Below are positions 59,192-64,000 of a DNA stretch of 64,000 nucleotides, piece after piece. The notes under the pieces were generated by a model. The model was not told the origin of the DNA and ran no database searches. It was given only the letters and a program-made list of their open reading frames with translations. The stretch is taken from IMG/VR virus record IMGVR_UViG_3300047546_001470, one strand, 5' to 3'. Every line of letters begins with the position of its first letter. Position 1 is the first letter of the stretch. Source of the DNA: an uncultured virus (IMG/VR IMGVR_UViG_3300047546_001470) (Duplodnaviria; Heunggongvirae; Uroviricota; Caudoviricetes). Both the position numbers and the translations under genes were made by a program.

Positions 59192-60340
59192 ATGAATTCA
59201 TTTAAGAAGATTGCTCTTGCCGTGGTTGCAGCCATGACTATGAGCACACTCGTAGTGACACCTGCAAGTGCCAATACCGTTTCTGTTGACGTAACAACTG
59301 AAATTGCTGGCGCAGGTACTGCAGCCTCACCATTCACAGTTAAGGTTCCATCTGACAACGTAGTAAGCGTTGCAGATACCACAACTGTCACAAATAACGA
59401 AGCACTTCTTATCACCGCTACAGTTGTTTCTGGAACACCAGTAACATTTACCGCAGTTGGTGCTAACACACGCCTCGTTTCTGCAATTGGTTCAACAGTT
59501 AATGCATCTGCTGGATCCTCATCAATCACAGTCACACCTGCTTCAACAACAGCGACTGTCTATGCATATACAACAAGTACTGCTGCATCTGCGGTTACAG
59601 TTTCTGTAGTCGGTGCAAGCACTACAATTTATCTTAAGGGTGTTGCAGGTCCTGCATATGAACTTAAGATGTCAATCCCTGCTTCAGGAAATATTTCTGG
59701 CAAGGTAACTGCAACTCTTGATGTAGCAGATATTTTCGGCAACGCTGTTGCTGATACAGTAACTGTTACTACTCTTGGTGGCGCAACTGCTGGAACAGTA
59801 ACTGCTGATGCTCTTGTAACAGGTCGTTACACATCAGACATCACACTTCCTGCAACTGCTGGAACTGTTGCTGTTGGAGCATCTATTACTGCACCAACAT
59901 CTGTTCCAACAATCAAGTTGGCAACAACTTCTCAGACTGCAATCGTAACAGTATCTGATCTTGCTGGAGCACTTGCTACTGCCAATGCTGCACTCGCTGC
60001 AGAAAAGGCTGCTCGTGCTGCTGATAAGGTAACTGCAGATGCTGCTCTCGCTGCTGCTGTAGCAAAGGCTGCAACTGATGCTGCTGCTGCTAAGGCTGCT
60101 GCTGATGCTGCTGCTATTACTGCTGCTGCTGAAATTGCAACACTAAAGGCTAATGCTGTAACCGCTAAGGTTGCTGCTGATAAGGCTCTTGCTGATGCAA
60201 AGGTTGCTGCAGATGCTGAACTTGCAAAGGTAAAGGCAGATAATGCTGCTGCTATCGCTGCAATGAAGAAGGCATTTAATGATCTTGCCAAGAAGTGGAA
60301 CGCAAAGAATCCAAAGGCAAAGGTTACACTTGTTAAGTAA
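59192..60340 (+). CDS. Secreted Thr/Ala/Val-rich surface protein (Ig-like domains plus Ala-rich coiled coil)
   Basis: AAGGAG RBS; signal peptide MNSFKKIALAVVAAM..PASA; beta-rich body; basic C-terminus; own promoter and terminator. Confidence 0.75.
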   Translation: MNSFKKIALAVVAAMTMSTLVVTPASANTVSVDVTTEIAGAGTAASPFTVKVPSDNVVSVADTTTVTNNEALLITATVVSGTPVTFTAVGANTRLVSAIGSTVNASAGSSSITVTPASTTATVYAYTTSTAASAVTVSVVGASTTIYLKGVAGPAYELKMSIPASGNISGKVTATLDVADIFGNAVADTVTVTTLGGATAGTVTADALVTGRYTSDITLPATAGTVAVGASITAPTSVPTIKLATTSQTAIVTVSDLAGALATANAALAAEKAARAADKVTADAALAAAVAKAATDAAAAKAAADAAAITAAAEIATLKANAVTAKVAADKALADAKVAADAELAKVKADNAAAIAAMKKAFNDLAKKWNAKNPKAKVTLVK

Positions 60341-60358
60341 TTAACAAATTAAAAGATG

Positions 60359-60391
60359 GGGAGTCAGGAAACTGGCTCCCTTTTCTTTTTT
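60359..60391 (+). terminator. Intrinsic terminator
   Basis: GGGAGTCAG-GAAA-CTGGCTCCC followed by TTTTCTTTTTT. Confidence 0.9.
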
Positions 60392-60439
60392 AAATAAAAT
60401 GTTATAATAGTCTTATTAAATCTGGAGGCAGAAAGGACT

Positions 60440-62041
60440 ATTAAGAAATTAACCAGAATATTAACAGCAACTTTATTAGCATTTGGTTTTAACCTATGGC
60501 TTCCAGAAAACGCTAATGCCACTTGTGTAAACTTTATACAATCACAAACCATAGCAGCAGCATACAATGGTGATACAGAACCAACAGTACACACAATGGA
60601 TACTTGTTCTGGAGACGATGTTTCTTATCAAATTCCTATTGCAAGCACAGTTACTTTTGACGGGGTACAGTATGAAAACATTTATGCAACAACTAACTCA
60701 GTAATTACATTTGGTCAACCTGATCCCACATATTGGGCATATCCTAATACACCATCTATCTCCTTATATTCAATGGACTGGTTTCCAGGAGCAAGCGGTA
60801 CATCTGGTTTGGATATATATTATTCAGAGGGCGGATTTCAATTAAATCTAAATATGGTCCCATACGGTAACTATGGGGCACAACCAAGTACAGTAAATAT
60901 ATTAGTGGCTATTACTAATACTGGCGGTTTAGCGGTGTCCTATAGTTATCAAGGTCCAGAATATCAAAATCTTAGAACAGGAGTTAGACTTCATAATGGA
61001 GACATTGTTTCTTTAGAGGCTTGGGGAGCCACCCAAGTACAGGCTGGTAGTCCAACACCTACTCTTGCTCCAGAACCTATCCCAGAACCTTCTCCAACGC
61101 CCACAGAAGCCCCTATAACACCAGCAGAGCAACAAGAGCAGGTGGCAGAGGCAGCACAGTTGGCTTCAGAAATATCAGATTTAAATAATCTTATTGCATC
61201 TATTAATGGTGAAGAGGTAAATAACCCAGAGCCAGAACCTACCACAGACCCTTCTCCAGAGCCAAGTCCTGAGTCTACAAATGAACCAGATTTGCCTGAC
61301 CCTGATGTTGAGGTTGATCCAGAGATAATTACTCCAGATGATCCAAGATTCCCTGATGATGAAGAGCAAACTGAACCAGACGCTCCCAATCCAACTCCAA
61401 GCCCTGATACAACAGGTGGGGTAGACGAAGAGACTGATGCAACTCCAGAGCCTTCACAAGAGCCTTCACCTCAGCCAACGGATACAGATCCAACTCAAGA
61501 GCCTGAACCTGAGCAACCTGCTGACGAAGATCCTGTAGTAGCACCAGATAATGATAACACAAATAGCAGTCCTATTTCTGACGAGGAACTTAAGAAGTTA
61601 AATAAACTAATTAGTGTTAATGATTCTAAATTAATGTCAGCCGTATCAAACTTTTTAACTGAATTAAATCCAGAGGCTAAGAAAGAGTTGGCAAAAGATC
61701 TTGGTATTAAGGCAGAAGAAGTTGCCCTTATTGCAGAGGTAGCAAAAGAAAATCCTGTAGTAGCAGCAGCCGTAGTTCAATTTGCTGAAAAGGCAGCACA
61801 AAATGAAAATGCTCCCATGCCATATACCTTAGCAGATGCTGTAACAGAAATACAAACAGAGGCATTCTTAGCAGATCCGCTTGGCGTATTGACAGACATA
61901 GATTTTGAAAAGTTGTTAAGCCCAACAGAATGGGGTAAAGATATGACAGATGATCAGAGAGAAAAAGTTCAAGAGGTTGTGATCCCTGTTATTTTGGTAG
62001 GAAATATAGTTAGTTCAGTTATGTCACTAAGGAGGTTATAA
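60440..62041 (+). CDS. Exported protein with a nidogen-like beta domain, Pro/Glu/Asp-rich stalk and C-terminal hydrophobic anchor
   Basis: The frame is open upstream of ATG 60596 and encodes the signal-like IKKLTRILTATLLAFGFNLWLPENANA; YATTNSVITFG motif; PEPSP repeats; C-terminal VVIPVILVGNIVSSVMSLRRL. Confidence 0.7.
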   Translation: MKKLTRILTATLLAFGFNLWLPENANATCVNFIQSQTIAAAYNGDTEPTVHTMDTCSGDDVSYQIPIASTVTFDGVQYENIYATTNSVITFGQPDPTYWAYPNTPSISLYSMDWFPGASGTSGLDIYYSEGGFQLNLNMVPYGNYGAQPSTVNILVAITNTGGLAVSYSYQGPEYQNLRTGVRLHNGDIVSLEAWGATQVQAGSPTPTLAPEPIPEPSPTPTEAPITPAEQQEQVAEAAQLASEISDLNNLIASINGEEVNNPEPEPTTDPSPEPSPESTNEPDLPDPDVEVDPEIITPDDPRFPDDEEQTEPDAPNPTPSPDTTGGVDEETDATPEPSQEPSPQPTDTDPTQEPEPEQPADEDPVVAPDNDNTNSSPISDEELKKLNKLISVNDSKLMSAVSNFLTELNPEAKKELAKDLGIKAEEVALIAEVAKENPVVAAAVVQFAEKAAQNENAPMPYTLADAVTEIQTEAFLADPLGVLTDIDFEKLLSPTEWGKDMTDDQREKVQEVVIPVILVGNIVSSVMSLRRL

Positions 62042-62042
62042 T

Positions 62043-62252
62043 ATGAACATGATTAAGAAGGTAGTTAAGGGATTCTTAAAGTGGCTTAAGGCTGCTGTAG
62101 TTGAGAGCATAGCCCAAGTATTTACCATCCTTGGCTTCTTTATTGCTTGGCTTACCCTTACAGGTACCGCCCAGCAGGTAGTGGGAGTAGCCACATTAAT
62201 ATCAATAGCCCTATGGCTTATTACCATCCCGCTTCGTGAAGAAAAAGAATAG
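62043..62252 (+). CDS. Small two-TM membrane protein (holin-like)
   Basis: GGAGG RBS; two hydrophobic helices; charged C-terminus; near the endolysin. Confidence 0.6.
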   Translation: MNMIKKVVKGFLKWLKAAVVESIAQVFTILGFFIAWLTLTGTAQQVVGVATLISIALWLITIPLREEKE

Positions 62253-62264
62253 TATAATGTCGAT

Positions 62265-62480
62265 ATGAAGATTCGTCATATTTTATTATCGTGTATACTT
62301 GTATTAGGCCTTAGTGGCTGCGGGTATGACGGTCACTATCGCTATCCTTGTCAGGATCCAGCAAACTGGGATAATAAGGAATGTAATGTTCCTGTCTGTG
62401 AGACAACTGGCACATGTACAAGAGATATAATTGGAAAAGATGCTTGGGATGAGTATCAAAAAACGAAAGGCAATAAATGA
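62265..62480 (+). CDS. Small Cys-rich lipoprotein
   Basis: Lipobox LSGC followed by four further Cys. Confidence 0.7.
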   Translation: MKIRHILLSCILVLGLSGCGYDGHYRYPCQDPANWDNKECNVPVCETTGTCTRDIIGKDAWDEYQKTKGNK

Positions 62481-62920
62481 GCAAGCAAAGATTGACACCA
62501 CAAGATCTTGATGCACGACTTAAGTTTATTCTTGGTTGTACATTAGGAGCAATTTTATTATTTACAGCATTGGGTATTTTATATGCTCTGATATTTGTAA
62601 CTCAGCCAATAGGAGCACAATCAGAAAATGATAAAATGTTTTTCAATGTGCTTGGCTCAGTTGCAACATTTATTACAGGAACATTAGCAGGTTTATTAAT
62701 TGGACAGTCTGGTGCAAAAGATATAATGGCTGCACAACTATCTAATAAGGAAATGGATGCTAAGAATACTCAAGCAGATAAAAAGTTAGAGTCTGAAATT
62801 AAAATGGCTGAAGATAAACTTGATGCAGAACTTGACGAGATAAGAGCAAGACTTGCAAAGAAGCCAGACGGCGCAATGCCAGAAGAACAACCAGTTGATA
62901 CAGAGTGGGACAAGGATTAA
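62477..62920 (+). CDS. Two-TM membrane protein with a coiled-coil tail (holin-like)
   Basis: Two hydrophobic helices, then a charged helical tail; directly upstream of the endolysin. Confidence 0.65.
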   Translation: MSKQRLTPQDLDARLKFILGCTLGAILLFTALGILYALIFVTQPIGAQSENDKMFFNVLGSVATFITGTLAGLLIGQSGAKDIMAAQLSNKEMDAKNTQADKKLESEIKMAEDKLDAELDEIRARLAKKPDGAMPEEQPVDTEWDKD

Positions 62921-62922
62921 TC

Positions 62923-63516
62923 ATGGCAGAAATGGGAACGGCAGAAAAATTAATTGAAGTAGCCAAAGGCGAAGTTGGAACTATTGAAGGTCCAAAAGAC
63001 AATGAAACCAAGTACGGTAAGTTTACCAAGGCTAACTTTCAACCATGGTGCGGTTCATTTGTTATGTGGTGTGCCGATCAGGCAGGAGTAAAGGTTCCTA
63101 ATACAGTTTATACTCCAGGTGGAGCAGCAGCATTTAAAAAAGCAGGAGCGTGGATTGATGGAGATGTAGCAGATCCAGAACCAGGGGACATTGCTTATTT
63201 TGATTTTCCATCTGACGGGGTAGATAGAATATCTCATGTTGGAATTGTTATTGAAGACAACGGAGACGGAACAGTTTGGTGCATTGAAGGTAATACATCT
63301 GGAGATAATAAAGGTAGCCAAAGAAATGGTGGAGAGGTTTGTAAAAAACTTCGTGCTTATAAGAAAAATAAGAAAAATGTTTTGATTTCAATTGTAGGGT
63401 TTGGTCGCCCTAAGTTTGGCGGGGCAGTTGCAAAGAAATCTGATGAGCCTGCAAAGCCTAATAAGACTGCTAAAAAATCTAAAACATGTCCAGAATGTGG
63501 ACAAACTATTAAATAG
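62923..63516 (+). CDS. CHAP-domain endolysin
   Basis: PWCGSFVMW, PGDIAYF, SHVGIV and IEGNT; ATG 62923 after AAGGA; C-terminal CPECG. Confidence 0.88.
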   Translation: MAEMGTAEKLIEVAKGEVGTIEGPKDNETKYGKFTKANFQPWCGSFVMWCADQAGVKVPNTVYTPGGAAAFKKAGAWIDGDVADPEPGDIAYFDFPSDGVDRISHVGIVIEDNGDGTVWCIEGNTSGDNKGSQRNGGEVCKKLRAYKKNKKNVLISIVGFGRPKFGGAVAKKSDEPAKPNKTAKKSKTCPECGQTIK

Positions 63517-63545
63517 TTGACACATTTTTAGTTCAATGCTATACT
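63517..63545 (+). promoter_or_regulatory. sigma70/SigA-type promoter
   Basis: TTGACA (63517-63522), 17-nt spacer, TATACT (63540-63545) with an extended TG. Confidence 0.8.
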
Positions 63546-63571
63546 AAATACTAAACACAGAAGGGTATGCA

Positions 63572-64000
63572 ATGACTTGTATCGCAGTCGTTCGTGACAA
63601 AGTAAATAATAAAATATGGATGGCTGGTGATCGTGCTATCTCAGATGATAATACAGTAAATATATCTTCAAGTCCTAAGATATGGAAAAAAGAAGGCTAT
63701 CTATTTGGATATGCTGGATCAATGGATGGGGATAGAATCAGACATTTATTTGTACCCCCACAATTTGAAGGTCGTGGAAGTATTGATAAGTTTATGTATA
63801 GTAAATTTTTAAAAGCCTTGCGTAATTTTTATGAAGGTTGGTGGGTAGACACATCTACATCATCAGATTTTGGAATGATAATTTGTGTACGTGGAAAAAT
63901 ATATGAACACAATGCAGCAGATATGTCATTAACACAATATGAACAGGATTATCTAGCAATGGGTTCTGGCGGAGACTTAGCATTAGGCTCATTGTATTCA
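63572..64000 (+). CDS. Ntn-hydrolase (HslV/proteasome beta-like) protein, 3'-truncated
   Basis: Not in the track. MTCIAVV..MAGD..PKI..GYAGS..YLAMGSGGDLALGSL; N-terminal Thr nucleophile and GSG motif; runs off the window. Confidence 0.8.
   Translation, partial: MTCIAVVRDKVNNKIWMAGDRAISDDNTVNISSSPKIWKKEGYLFGYAGSMDGDRIRHLFVPPQFEGRGSIDKFMYSKFLKALRNFYEGWWVDTSTSSDFGMIICVRGKIYEHNAADMSLTQYEQDYLAMGSGGDLALGSLYS

Noticed and set aside
1..64000. tRNA/rRNA genes, integrase, transposase, or stop-codon reassignment
   Set aside because: Intergenic gaps are short and no cloverleaf or mobile-element gene was recognised. Genes are full length in the standard code, and TAA, TAG and TGA are all used as stops.

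Overview
The window is a 64-kb slice of a large, AT-rich, tailed dsDNA phage genome (siphovirus-like). Every credible gene but one is on the + strand. In order it holds a tail-fibre/virion accessory cluster (1-8.3 kb); 2OG-Fe(II) oxygenases around a class II ribonucleotide reductase; a LamG-type virion protein; portal, prohead protease/scaffold and major capsid; neck and tail genes with a 2649-aa tape measure; a replication/recombination block (DnaB, primase, SSB, DnaE, RecA, Cas4-like nuclease, resolvases) interrupted by a flavin-dependent halogenase-like gene and three more oxygenases; terminase; secreted surface proteins; a CHAP lysis cassette; and a truncated Ntn-protease gene. Gene content and many apparently leaderless genes suggest a (freshwater) Actinobacteria host, which is inference. 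The best candidate for a new system is two separate proteins ending in tandem Pro/Phe-rich peptide repeats ([PAFxVFSFT]n and [PFxVFxFx]10) capped by the same FNFAPWG-stop tail; one carries FN3-like domains and is directly followed by two paralogous oxygenases, suggesting a virion-displayed, enzymatically modified repeat peptide. Other notable points: the tail chaperone G/GT pair appears to be made by gene duplication instead of frameshifting, there is a nested scaffold start, an ATT-initiated secreted protein, and a RecA with an atypical Walker A. All family assignments are from motif recognition by eye; no searches were run.
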